Assembly (NCBI GenBank): GCA_965649765.1
Contig: OZ287751.1
Coordinates: 80,290,001-80,354,000, forward strand
Source: Bispira polyomma
Taxonomy: Eukaryota
Direction: 5' to 3'
DNA length: 64,000 nt
In this document: piece after piece, positions 39,101-53,900 of the stretch
Layout of the letters: the number at the start of each line of letters is the position of its first letter
Numbering within the stretch: the stretch's first letter is position 1
Notes under the pieces: model-generated
The model's database searches: none
What the model was told of the DNA's origin: nothing
What the model saw: only the letters and a program-made list of their open reading frames with translations
Program-made: the position numbers and the translations under genes

Positions 39101-42100
39101 ATGTGTAACTTTGACTACAAATTTGTGTCCAGATATTTTAAAACAGTCCTGTAAGACTACTGTGCAATTGTTCCAAAAGGTTCATGGGGTGGACATTACA
39201 CATGCTAATGTGTGTTCTTCTATGCTATCCTGTTTCTTTTCATATGTTGCAGCTACTCTTAACAGGGCGTCCTATTTCTAGTTTACTACCGGATTTGTAG
39301 TACATCACCCAACGCAGGTCACATGTGTGTGCACATATTGTATTAATTAACGACCATGTACAGTGTGTGCTCATATAGTGTCAAATATAATCTGGCACGG
39401 TAATGAATTGCAGTTAAACCCAGTAGAACTCTGTGCTACTAATTTAATACCAATTATAAAACTAAATATTAAAAAATGCTGTAAGTTATGAATTGTTCAG
39501 GTTCATTGCAAGAACATATCAGACTATCACTCAGTATATCTTCCCTTACTACTATTATTGCTCTTTACATTTAAAATATTTAGTGTAAATATGTCATCAC
39601 AAGACAAACACCTTCCATTTGTTCACTTGTGACAAATATAGCCATGCCACTCAGAGGTGGGAGGCAAGTGCGTTAACCACCATCATGCCACCTAAACCAT
39701 CTCTGTATTAAGATAACTGTACAGTATATAACTGTGTGTAGATAACTATATATAGTCATATAACTCTATGTAGATAACTGTAAGAGGGCTGGGTGTACAG
39801 ATATCTGCCATCCTTTAACTCAGTATGTATAACTCTGTGTAGATAACTGTAAGAGGGTTGGGTGTACAGATATCTGCCATCCTTTAACTCAGTATGTATA
39901 ACTCTGTGTAGATAACTGTAAGAGGGCTGGATGTACAGACATATGCCATCCTTTAACTCAGTATGTATAACTCTATGTAGATAACTGTAAGAGGGCTGGA
40001 TGTACAGACATATGCCATAGTTTAACTCAGTATGTATAACTCTGTGTAGATAACTGTAAGAGGGCTGGATGTACAGATATCTGCCAACCTTACCCCGGTG
40101 GTTACAGCTGTGAGTGTCTTAATGGACAGCCTCAACTCAACAAACTCTCCTGTATTACAGGTAATGCAACACATGACACATGTGTGGTCTTCATATTTGT
40201 TATTTATCATCCAATATTATACCTCAGCAGGGATTCCTAAGATTTCATTGGCTTGGCATTTTTCCTTAGAAGTGGTCACATGTCCTGTTCTATAGCTTAG
40301 GACACTAAAGAAAATTATTTTTTTTTTTTAATTATCCTCACTAAAGTAAAAATCGGCCACAATTCCAATAATTTTCATTAAAATATTTATTTTCATTGAA
40401 ACATTTAAAAAAAAATTTAATTTTACAAATTTTAACAATTAAATATGGTTAAAATGAAATAAAAAATTAAAATTGTAAAAATCTCACCATGTAAAAAATA
40501 CAAAAAAAAACGTGCTCGGTTTCATTACTGTGACGTTGTTTTTGTAATAATTAGGCATCAGCATGAACCATTCACCTAAATTGTACAGGAAACTTGTCAT
40601 GGAGCGAGTACTAAGACTTACACATATGAAACACCCAATTATAGTATAACTTCTGTTATTTGTACATACCACTGCTCACGTATAAATGTTATTTGCTTTT
40701 GAATTTTTTTTCTAATCTTTACCTCAAGACAGTTTTACCACTATTATATTTTCCAAAGATATTCCCCTTTAGATAATAGAGGTAATGTCATCTGTTACAT
40801 CATGAAAGTATTCTCCATCAGTATAGTAGAGTTACTCTCCATCAGTGGCAAATCCTCTGTGATGAAAACCAATGTTAAATGTTGTTCATAATGTACCCAT
40901 GTAAAACACCTCAGCAGATGACATCACCACAGAAGTGACAGATAATGTCACCACGACAACGACCCCAGTACCTGTTGAGGAGGAAACGACTGCCCCAGAC
41001 ATGGCCACCACTCAGAACATCACCTCCCCAAAGGTCACGGACACTATAGATAGCTCTATGCCTACTACAACTGAGGCCATTATAGGTACAAAATATACAT
41101 TGTAGTCACAAGTTATAGGATAATGATTGTGTATTTTTATATTAAAGATTATATTTAATTAGAGTTCATTAACTCTAAAACACAAAAAAGTCTGTCATGT
41201 GAGTATGATGAACAGTCCTCAAATTCCATATCCTCATGCCAAGATCGCAGATACATGTACCATTATTAGTTACTTGGCAACAGCAACTGACTGAACTGAG
41301 GGCATTATAGGTATTGTAGTCACAGGATATACACATGTACACATGTATATTTGTGGTCTCCTGTTACTTATAGTGGTTATCGAGTACTAAGTCTGGTGAT
41401 CAGATGGTCCCCTGTTTAACTCCCAGTGGGGGAAGTTGGTCTGGTGATCGGAAGGTCCCCCGGTTCAACTTTCTGCAAAGGTCGCAAAGTTCACTAGTGG
41501 GATAACATCCAAGATATGAATACGCCATTGCCTACTGATGATGACCCAAGCTATGTTGTAGGACACATGATTGGTTCATTGCTTGGGTTGTTGCACTTTA
41601 GAAGATGCCCCACATCAATGAAGCATGTTAAAAATATACAATATAATCATACAATATGTCATTTGATTTTTCTATTGTAAGGCGTTCATTATGTCCTCAT
41701 GCTATACACTCTTTTTGAGAGAATTTTGGTTTTTTAATTTACGTACATGTATATGCATAATGCAGTTTATCTTTGATGTTACAGAGAAAAAGTTATTTTT
41801 GCTGTTGGGCTATCAGATTATATTTGGTAAACTTAGTGCTTAATATATGTATGGAGATGATGCATATTATTATGAAGTTTCATTGTTGTCAATAGATTTA
41901 AAAAATTAAAACGCCAATATTTATTTTTTTATTTTATCAAAAGAAATACATCACTTTCAGTGATAAAGAAACTTCTTATTATTTATATCCTGTCAACATT
42001 TGAAATAGTGTATGACTTTTGTATTTTATATTGGGAAAGGTTGTTATCATTATGTTTTTCATGTCAGTGTGGTAATGGGGCGATTGAATGTTATTGAATT

Positions 42101-44901
42101 TTTGTATTTTCTTCTTCTTTTTTTTGTTGGGGGGGGGGGGGGGACTAAAAATCCAATAATATTCTGGTTTATTTAAGTTATACAGGGTGTTCATAATACT
42201 GGTTTGGCCAATAATACCTGCTCGGTGCTTATTTGTGCACACAAGAACATTGATAGCTTTGAAATTAATTATATTTTTCTAAAGTTTTCTTATAATTCCT
42301 TAGGCTATGTCTGCTTTAGTCAAGAATATATATGGTTAGTATTTAGATAACCTGTCTTATGTCCCAATTAATATGACCTAATTATGTTAGACAGTGTTTT
42401 TATGATTCAATTTATATGACATAATTATGAACTCTGATCACGACCCTTTCCATTATTCGGACTATAGTCATGAATTGTGGTGCTGTCAAAGTAAAGCATT
42501 AGCATTAACCTGTATTATGAACACCTGTGTATTACAAACTGGGGATCTCTTACAATTATATTGTTTTTTAATTGTACAAGTCTTCATGGACTAAATCTTT
42601 CTCTAGCTACTTCATTCAGACCCGTTATCATTACATCAGATGAAGATTCTGTGACACAAACCAGTGACCAGACTTCTACAATGGATGAATATCGTACAAC
42701 AGCAGGGGTGGAGTATGTATCATCCACATCCTATGAATATTCAGTGACTGAAACAGAAGAGGCTGACTTGACTACAGTAGTTGAGACTAGTGGAGATTTT
42801 GATGACTTTACAACTGAAGATGAAAGAGAAACGACAGCTACTGATGAAACGACCACAACTTATGAGGACAGAGTTACAGATACAACAGAAGTGGTCCTGA
42901 CAACATTGGATGATATTGGTACAAGTGAACTGTCTGTAATAGGTGCAGAAACTACTACAGAATATGAGTTTACTACAAGGGAAGTAATTGAAGATACTAC
43001 AATTGAAGACTATGATCTTACTACAGAAATAGCAGATGTAGATACTACAATTGAAGACTATGAATTTACTACAGAAATAACAGATATTGGCAGTACAACT
43101 GAAGACTATGAATTTACTACAGAAATAACAGATGTAGTTACTACAACTGAAGACTATGAATTTACTGCAGAAATAACAGATGTAGTTACTACAATTGAAG
43201 ACTATGAATTTACTACAGAAATATCAGATGTAGATACTACAATTGAAGACTATGGATTTACTACAGAAATAGCAGATGTAGATACTACAATTGAAGACTA
43301 TGAATTTACTACAGAAATAGCAGATGTAGATACTACAATTGAAGACTATGAATTTACTACAGAAATAACAGATGTAGTTACTACAACTGAAGACTATGAA
43401 TTTACTGCAGAAATAACAGATGTAGTTACTACAATTGAAGACTATGAATTTACTACAGAAATATCAGATGTAGATACTACAATTGAAGACTATGGATTTA
43501 CTACAGAAATAGCAGATGTAGATACTACAATTGAAGACTATGAATTTACTACAGAAATAACAGATGTAGTTACTACAATTGAAGACTATGAATTTAGTAC
43601 AGCAATTACAGATGTAGATAGTACAACAGAAGAATACAAGTTTACTACAGAACGTACAGATGTAGATAGTACAACAGAAGAATATGACTATACTACTGCG
43701 GGAAGAGACAGAGCTACAACAACAGTAGATTATGACTACACTAGTGGAGAGACTGTAAAAGCCACTGTTACTACAACAATAAATACTTCTGCTGAAGGAA
43801 GAGATACAACACTGGCTTATACCAGTCAATATGTGGAGGTTACAACTGCAGAAGGTAGTACAGACAGGGGGAAAGATACCACAGAAGTTTATCAGACAGT
43901 AATCTCAACCAGTAGATATCCTGAATCATCAACCTCTGACGATGATGGTGTAGATATTGATACAACAACAAGACAAGTTAACCAGACAGAAATCTCCACG
44001 GACGAGTATACAAGTAGATATCCTAAATCTTCAACCTCTGAAGATGATAATGCAGAATTTGATACAACAACAGACACCATATATACTACTGGGGGGCATA
44101 CTACTGATGGTGATACTGCCAAGTATACTGAAACAGTGTTAACAACAGTTACTAAAGAAGAGGAGTACACTACAGAAAGGTATAGTACTAAACAGAGTAC
44201 TGACAGTGATACTCAAACTACTGGCTATACTGAAATAAGAACAACAACTGAAGAAGTGGATATGGTAAGTGAACAAGTGAAGACTACCACAGAGAGGTTG
44301 ATTGATGTTTCAAAGGATGCGACCACAGAATCTAGAGATATGCCTAGTGAAACAGATGCATTGACTGGAGAATACAATGGTACTACAGCAGCAAGTGATG
44401 ATACTGCACAGAATGTTACTGGAGAGTTAACATATACAACGAGTACTGCTAGTGATAGCCAAACACATATACCACTAGATGTGACTACAGACACGGTCAC
44501 ATTGACATCTTCAGTGTCAGAAATAGCATCAACTACAGAAGACTTTATGACAGAGTTACAGCTAACGACTGCACCTCTTATAGGTATTGTGGTGATTTTG
44601 TTTTTCTTAGTTTGTTTGCAGTGATTTATGAATGTGGTTTGTTTTATATTAAATTATTCTTTTTAGTTTTGGATCTGCAGTGTAAAAGGTTAAAGTTTAG
44701 TTGTACCTCAATTTTCTGATAATTCTGGTGTACTTGGTTCTGGGTTTCAATAATTTATATATATTGTGTCTTTTTGCCTTTTTATTCCCTTCTTGTTTTT
44801 GACAAAGTTAGATTTGTTGGAGTGGATTTAGTTTATTGGCATTACTCTCATCAATCTTAACTCAGGTCATAATAATGTTTGGTGCCTATGTGAATGTGTA
44901 C

Positions 44902-44970
<69 letters not shown>

Positions 44971-47900
44971 GTATTCGACGTAATTAGCGCACAGTGCCCT
45001 TAGAAAAACAAATTACCCCTATAAATGAGGTATGATAAATTCTCTTAGTTTTTAAAGACATAACTATTTGAAACTTCTACAGCCTACAACAAGAAATAAA
45101 ATATGTACTTGGCGAATGAAACTTAAAGCAAAATTTTGATCATTTACTATGAATTTTTACCGGATTTTAATGGCCATTTGCTGCAGTCAATGGCCATTTG
45201 CTGTAGTTAATGGCAGGACAGAAATAGTAACCTTGATTGGGCTTGTATTTCACACCATTGATCTAAATATATATTAATTTATTTAAATTTAACATTATTG
45301 TTTCAATAATATATTAAAGATTATATTCTAATTACATTAATCATGCTAAAGTAGCTAAACTAAGTGGAAGTTATTATTTTGCCACCAATGGGTGTGTATA
45401 CTAATTTTCCTAAATACAATAAAGTTGAGCCTTAAATATCTTTGAACAGGGCTACTTTAGCAGTCACTTTCTTCAGTGTTCAAATTTATGACTAGTTTCT
45501 AGCTTTGTAAACCTGAGTGCAGGAATATTGCGTCTGTTACTATTACAAGTTTACTTTCACAGGCACTAAAAGTCTTGATAGCAGTTATTAATTTGTATTA
45601 GAAATAACCCAAGTACTAACTCAGAATTGTATATAGTATTTATTGCAGTCACTTGCAAAATAGTTTTATTTTAAAAATAGCAGTAGAATTATTTTTTTCC
45701 TCTTTCAAATTCTCATTTGGATAGGTACATGCTGATACTTAACATAAGGCTGAAGTAATATCTCAAATAGAGAACTATACCAAACATAAAATTAGGGGAT
45801 GTGCGGTTAATGGGGCATGTGCGGTAATTACGTCGAATACGGTATATATATATACTTTAATTAATATTCTGAAACTTGCATATGTTTTGCATTATAAATT
45901 TGTATATTGTTTATTTTCTTAAAAACCGCAACCAATGATGGTATAATGCCTTGTCTGTAATTATGAATGCCCATGTAGTATATATTAATACAGTCTTCTT
46001 GTGTTGCCAGTCCCAGACTTGTCTTTCCTGTATTGTCCAAGTGACATGGCTGTGTACACTGATACTGACACTACACAAGTCTGGTGGAAGGACCCTGTCG
46101 CTGTGGCCCTGCCTTATGGTCAGTGTATTAAAAACAAACAATTGTCTGTCAAAAATACGTACTAAATTGTTATGGTCAGTGTAATAAGAATGAACAAATG
46201 TCTGCCAATATGTATTTTTCAATTTTTTTCTAATATGAGTCCAGCAAAACCTCCATTATTTGATCAGATTGTAAGAGCAATATTTTGTTTGGATAATGCG
46301 AGTGTCTCTATGTTTATAAAACCCAATATTCATATAATAGAAATACAGATAATAGACTATCTACTATGATAATACAGTAGACTCTGTAAATAAAACCAGT
46401 ATAAGTCAAATTTATCTATAGCAATTTTAGTATAACTGAAACCTATGCGCTGGTCATAACATTCAAAATTACTGTTTTAAATTAGGTATAAGTGAAAGTA
46501 TAATTTTTGTTGCTTAATATAGTATTTTGTCATGAAAGATTATTGTAATATGTCCTCAAATATTGAACATGGTTTAGGTCAGTTCCCAATGTATAAATTA
46601 GTAGAGATGAACTTCGGATCAAAAACAAGGTTTCCTCACTATGCTTATTTGGAAATCCAGCTAAGTGGTTAGTTCTTGCTTGCCCTTTAAACTTTAAATT
46701 AAAAGTGTTGAACTCCTTATATAAATAATGTATTAATACAACACATCAATGCTATTGTTAAGTAAATGAGAAAACAGATTAGAGAATGTCATTACTAATC
46801 TTGTAATACATATATTCATAAAGTAAATGACATAGTTGAATGATCTTAAAATCCAGCTTTCAGTATCAAGTGTTTTGATTATGTTTCCACAGTTGAAGAA
46901 CCCACCGATGTTTTCTCAAATGTTGTGTCTGGAGCGGAACTTGCTGTTGGCATTAATGCAATTAATTATGAAGCTACAATAGAGAAATTCAATGTGACAG
47001 CTGAGTGTATATTTACGGTCACTGTTAATAAACAAGGTAAGTTTCTAAGGCTGTAAAAGATGAAGCTCTCTGGATTAAGTGTGAAAAATAGGCTTACATT
47101 TCAACTGAAACATCTGTGTATGTAGAAGTCTGTCATGTTTGATAGAGTTTTAATAACTGTCTCAATTAATTGACCATTTTAATCCATATCTTTGTTCAAT
47201 TTGTTTAAAATATCCTTAAAGTAGTTTCATTGCCAACACATTGTGAAATGTAAATGTATGTATGTATCTTTATGTACAGTCAAACCCCTTTAAGTGGAAC
47301 TCTGTTAAACCAATTTCCCTGTTGTATAGAGATAACATCTGTAGTCCCACAATCATGGCATTTTCCAAACAAATATACCCAGTTACAAGTGGACATCCTG
47401 CTCAAGTAGAGGTATTTTTTTTGGTCCCATGAGGTTGGACTGAAAGGGGTTAAACTGTGGTTTGATAAAGTGAAGGATGTCTTGTACATCTACAGTAGAA
47501 CCCTGTTAAGTCAAATCCGAAGGAACCATAAAAATGTGTTGTACTTAACAGAATTTCCACTTTACAAGGATTTTTTTATTAGAAATATAGAAGTTTGACT
47601 GTGGTATGTTACTAAAATGAGAGACGCATAGTAAAAGTTTAATCATTCAGAACAAATTCAAAAGGTTACATTTAAATCACTGCAATATACATTTGTTCAC
47701 CATGTGTGTCTATTTAGATGCCAAGGGTCATAGTGTTTCAAGTGATATCATGTTTCCAGTAATTCATATACATGTACTATGACAATAACAGGAAACCAGT
47801 AATAGCATATGAGCAGGTAATTCTCTCAATAAGAAGGTCTCTGTACAATTAATTGTTTCAGAGTTTTACTGTGAATCCCCACCAATGATACATCACGGTG

Positions 47901-50900
47901 AGATGGTTTGTAAAGCCACAAACGTCATGTATAAATGTGAGGTCCAGTGTGATGAAGGGTTTATACAGACACCTCCACACAAACAGACATACTCCTGTTT
48001 AACTGGGGGTTGGGAGCCACAGTTTGGAGCAGAGCTCAGCCAGATGGCATGTATACGTAAGTACGACAAGATGTAAACCAGATGGCATGTATTTGTAAGT
48101 ATGGTTTTTAAGATATAAACCAGATGGCATGTATTTGTAAGTATGGTATTTAAGGTGTAAGCCACATGGCATCGATATGTAAGTATGACATTTAGGATGT
48201 AAGCCAGATGGCATGTATACATATGTATGGTATTTAAGGTGTGAGCCACATGTCATCGATATGTAAGTGTGACATTTAAAATATAACCCAGATGGCATGT
48301 ATATGTAAATATGGTATTAAAGATGTAAGCCAGATGGCATCTATATGTAAGTATGGCATTTAAGAAATAATCCAAATGGAATTTATATATAAGTTTGTTA
48401 TTTGAGATGTAAGCCACATGGCATGTATATGTAAGTGTATGTACACATGTATGCGGCTCCCGACGTCAGACATTCGATTTGCGACTGAGATTTTTTTCTC
48501 TCGTCATATCTTTTGTTTATTTGTTCACATGTATCAGACTGCGAATTGCGACGCACGATCTGCGGCTTCCGAATGCGAACTTTTTGCTCCAGGACCGAAA
48601 AAATTGGATGAGAATATAAAATCGCACTGTTTAAGGTGATAATTCAATAGTGAGGGGAGGGGGGCGGCGTGGGGGGAGAGGGGGCGTCGAAGGGGGAACG
48701 TAAATTGCACTTCGCAAATCGAGAGTAGTATATCGGAAGCCGCATACATGTGTACATACACTAAGTGTGGCATTTAAAATGTAAGTCACTTACGTAAGTA
48801 TGACATTTAATATAAAGAGCCACATGGCATGTTTATAAGAGTAGAGCACTGATATTAAAGGTTACTGGTAAAGATCTATTTATTATATAGGCAATTCAGA
48901 CAATTCTATAAATTATTTTGCTAATGTTTAATTAAGTTTACTTTGACAACAATGTTTTTACTCAGTATGTCTAAAATTATCCACAACTTCCCATCTCTGT
49001 TTTTTGATTCCAGAATCTAACGTAATAGTAAAATTAGCCAAGTGGTGTATATCAAAATTTATTATGAAGAAATACATTAAACAGTAAAATATCTTCTTGA
49101 GTCATATGATGATTAATACTCACACCACAAGGGTTGTTTTACTTTTGTTATCCACTTCATTAGAAACTTTAAGATGAAAAATATTGAACAGATAAATGTA
49201 AACTTCTTTCAGATTTGCATTGTGACATCATAATGGAAGGTTTTGACACAAAACTTTTTTATATTGGTTCATACAACGCATTTTGTAACCCACCCTGTAT
49301 TGCACTTCGAAACATCATATTTCACGGCTGAGTGGCTAATCAATTAGATTATTTTGTTCGTATTAACACAAGCTTCTACCTCTTTCTGTCTGTCTTACAC
49401 AGGTGATGTGACATCATCATCCCCAGTTGAAGTGACTCTTACCTTCACCGTATCCTGCCCCTCGGAGAACCCAGATCAGACATTCTTTGAAGAGTTTACA
49501 TCACAAGTGCATGCAGATCTGCACAGAAGTGGGGTTTGTTCCGTGGAGAGTTTGTACCATGTCTGTAACACTGACCTGTACCAAGTGACCTGTGGTCAGA
49601 GTCAGAACAGGCAGAAGAGAGCACTGACCTCAGGAGGGGTCAGTCTAGTGATCAAACTGTGGTTCAATCAAAGGTAGGAGGCTGGAGATTAAACCTAATA
49701 TCTTTGAGCAGCCATAATGTCTGGGAGCTTATTTGCAACACTAATTTGTCTAAATAGTTGTTGACGGTTCATTTAAGGAATAACAAATGACAAAGTTTGA
49801 TATACGCTAATTTTCACCACGATTGAAGGCATAGTAACAGAAGGTCGAAGCCTGGGTGTTTCTATGCTCCAAGAGTGGTACACTCCCTTTCTAACATTAA
49901 AAATTACAATTATTACCTAATTTACTGTAAAATTACATTATCGAATTAACTATATCTACTGGTCACCAATACACTGCAGACAAAGTTAGACTTTTTCCAT
50001 CTGTGTATACAGTTATTTTTACCAAGGCTTCCGGCCAATCAGAATCTCCAACACTGCCATGTCATGTTAGAATTGTTATGTAAATGTAGAGAAAATAGAT
50101 TATATTATCGCAAAAATATGGCCAGTCCAAAAGAATTAGGAAGTTTTCAAAACACATCCTATATATATTACTTGGTAAGTATGAATGTGGCAATACTCAT
50201 TTCTTACTCCCCTTCACATATGCACTGTGTGTCTGATTGTGCTCCATATATATATATATTACTGTGGGGGTCACAAAAGCATAGAATTGGTCTATATAGG
50301 AATGTAATGTTGTAGAACATTGCTAATAACCTCAATTTCTGTAAAAGGGCCTAGTGGTTTGCAGGACCTGCTTCACAATCACTGGCCTCTCACTAATGTG
50401 GGTTTGAATTTATATTCCCTCCTGGATATTGGAAAGTTTGTCAGGGTACTTTGCTTTAGGTTTATGGTTTACAGTCCTTAAGCACTGGTTTCTTCCACCA
50501 TTAAATGTGGCTGTCTTGGTATGACACCTAAGCTGTTGAAAGCGAAAGCCCTCAGATATTCAAATTTAAATAACCTTTCTATGTAAAGTGGAACCATCTA
50601 AATTCAAATCTAAAGGGGCCATAACAATTTGTTCTGCTTAACATAAATTCTACTAAACAGAGTAAATATTTATTAGAGAATTAGCAATGGGACCCTAAAT
50701 AACTTCTACTGAACAGGTATTTCCACTTATTTAAGTTCTACTTAAAGGGGTTTGACTTTGCATGTAATGTAATTCTGTATTCTAGCTCGCCAAGCCAGCA
50801 GGAGATAGCCACTGTCCTGCAGCCTTTGGAGGCCTTTGTAGCTGGAGGTCAGGTGGAGGTTGTTGTAGAGGGTGTGGTGTACACAGCTACAGAGGATGTG

Positions 50901-53900
50901 GTTGTAGATACAGTGGCTGAGAGTGACTGTCCACCTGGTACTGTCATGTTTACTGAACAATGTGGTAAGTATAGAGCTGTACCTTCCGGGTACACAGAGT
51001 CAGTGCTAGATGCAGTTAAAGTGGAAAATTTAACCCCTTCGCCACCGATTAAGAGTAAATATACTTTACCGAGGGAACATACTTTAATGACCTACTTTAT
51101 GAGGTCACAAATAAGGTTTTTGCAATAACTGAATACATTACAAATTACAAAATAAAATTAACTTTGTGTTAAAAGCATTGTACCACATTGATTTTATTCC
51201 TGTGTGCTGGCAGACGGACATGGCACTGGCGAATAGAAATAGCCATTGATCGAGGAAAACTCAAAGAAAATGTTACAAATTTCGAGACATTCACTGGAAT
51301 TAATTTTCAGTGTGAGCTATTTTGTAGTTAAAATATTAAAACAAATAATCTAATTTTTACTGATAATTAATATTCACCATTCCCAACGCATTAGCTAAAA
51401 ACAGCTAAAATCAATTGCAATAAGTGAATGTGCTGTGGCAATCCAGATTTCATTCATTGCTGTTCATAACGTAATCATGTGGCAATTATGACATCATTCA
51501 TTGCTGTTCATAACGTGATCATGTGGCAATTTTGATGTCATTCACTGCTGTTCATAACACGATCATGCAGCCATCATGGGGCCCTTCGGGGGTATTCTAC
51601 TTGTGCCTTCTCAAAAGAAGTAGTCAGTATTCTATATCCCAGACATCATGACAAGTATTCTTGGTTATTCTTTGACATATTTAGACAATCTTTCCCAAAA
51701 TCGTCTTGTAATTAGTGTGTATGAATACAATGCCTATCGTTGGCTGTTCTTATATCTACTTTACTACAGCTGAACAAAACCATATTTATTCTTGCAACAT
51801 TATATGCGTCTAATTTTTATAAACCTCCCAAAGCTGGCGCCCATTCCCCTCTCTGGTTTAGGTAACTAGCCGTGGAGTGCAATTTGCCTAGAATCTTGGT
51901 AGATTCACCCACTAAATCCTTACTTGATCTTACTGTGTGTGACGGTGCGTTTAGACAGTTAATTCTATTAATATTAAAACTGTCCACATACTGGATAAAT
52001 AAGAAAGGCAAATACTTACATCCAGAAAAGCTGAAAAAACTAACCTGTGATAAAGTATATGCTCGCATTTATATAATTGTTTGGTCCCAGTAGTCAGTCC
52101 TCTATTCTGTTAAGTGCTTCATAAAAAGGAGAAACTTAGCAAAATATGATTTCTTGTTTTTGACAAAATAAGTCAAATAGTTTCATCCCATGGTTTTCAA
52201 CCCATGACCTTTAGATTATCTGCCTTACTTATCAGTGTAATTCTATGCTTCCATCAAGACTGTTGTACCTGTTTTAGGCCTGTGTCCAAGTGGTACATTT
52301 TACAATGATGACCCGGGTGTATGTGAACTGTGTCCATCTGGATATTACCAAGGATTAGAGGGACAATCATCCTGTGTTGCCTGCCCACTGGATACTGTGT
52401 CCAATCCTGGATCATTCCTAGAAAAGCAATGTGAGTGTTTTGATATACTGGTACAGTAGAAACCCCAAATTTGTGTTTTACTGTTGTTTTTGTGCTAAAA
52501 TGCTGGTCTATTTGTAGAATTCAAACAAAATATATACATACTCTCCCAACATCAGGCCTCACAATATTTCAATATTTCCTTTATTTTCCTATGTTTTGTT
52601 AAAACCTATATTTCCAGTATTTTTCTTGAAAAAAATGTTGTGGTATCACAAAAATAATAATGTTTACTAGAAGTTCATGACTTTTTGGCCAATATCATAA
52701 AGTATAAAGTCACTGGATTGGTTTTAAGTCATCTGATCACTGACAGAATGATATTGTAGGATTTAAATTAACTTATTGAACAAGTTTCTAGAAGTGGTGG
52801 TTGTGTAAAGATTCAACGTAGCAAGGCTTCATTTTGGTGCCCGAAAATCCTATATTTTTCTCTATTTTGATTGAGATTTCTTAAATTCTTGCCTATATTT
52901 GATGATTTTCCTGTGTATTAAGATTTTTATCAGGCACACCCTGATATTGTTTTTATTTTGAAAAGAGCACCAAGATCGTATAAAATATCTAAAGCCTTGC
53001 TTGGAAGCAATCGACCAGGCCAAACTTAGGGGTGTTTTCTTGTTATCAAGGGCAGCCTGGGTCCTGAGTATATAGTGTCCATATCAATGTTAGTGTATTT
53101 TTTGAAAGACAGATCTTGTTATGTTGTGAGGCCTGCAACATAAGTTCATATAATAAAGTGTACATCTCTACACACACACAGGTCATGCAGTGCAGACACA
53201 ACCAGACAGGACAACGACTGAGGTGGAGGAGAAGAGCAATAAGACCTTACCACTGGTGATTGGTCTCAGTGTTGCTGGTGGTCTTCTCTTTCTGGCGGCC
53301 TTTGCCCTGGCCTGCTATACCTGTCACAGAGTCTTCAAGTAGGCAAACTTTGTTATTATCAGGTTTTAGAAAAAAGCTTAAACCCTATATCTCTTCAAAA
53401 TCGCCTTGTATAAGTGGATAAGTTCAATGGAATTAATTTTCACTTATTGGCTATTTTTATATCAATACAAATTCATATTGTGTTAATCTTCACTATCCCA
53501 ACTCATGAGCTAAAATAGTGAAATTGCACCTATATGTTCTGGAATGGCCTTCCTGTTGAGTGTAGATCAACTGGAACACTTTCTGGTTTTAGGAAAAAGT
53601 TCTAAACTTATCTCTTCAAACTCGCCTACCCGCCCCCCCCCCCCCCCCCCCTAGTTCCCTCGTTATACACCTACACATCCTTTCTTGCAACCGTGGCCAT
53701 GTTTTTAGACTTCTCTATGGGTCAACAGATTCTGTTGTTGCACTTTAGAAGATGCCCCACAGCAATAAAAATCCATAATTCAATACAATTAATGTAAACC
53801 CTTTGAACACCTATATTGTTGCCTAGTCAGTTGGCAACATTCCTTATTCACAGAAACCTATGTCGGCAAAAGCAGTTAATTATTATTATTATAGATTTTT

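Noticed and set aside
15899-40160. Naming the gene LRP1/2/4/5/6, nidogen or SVEP1
   Set aside because: No LDLa, NPxY, PPPSP, NIDO/G2, vWA or pentraxin domains; similarity is per module only
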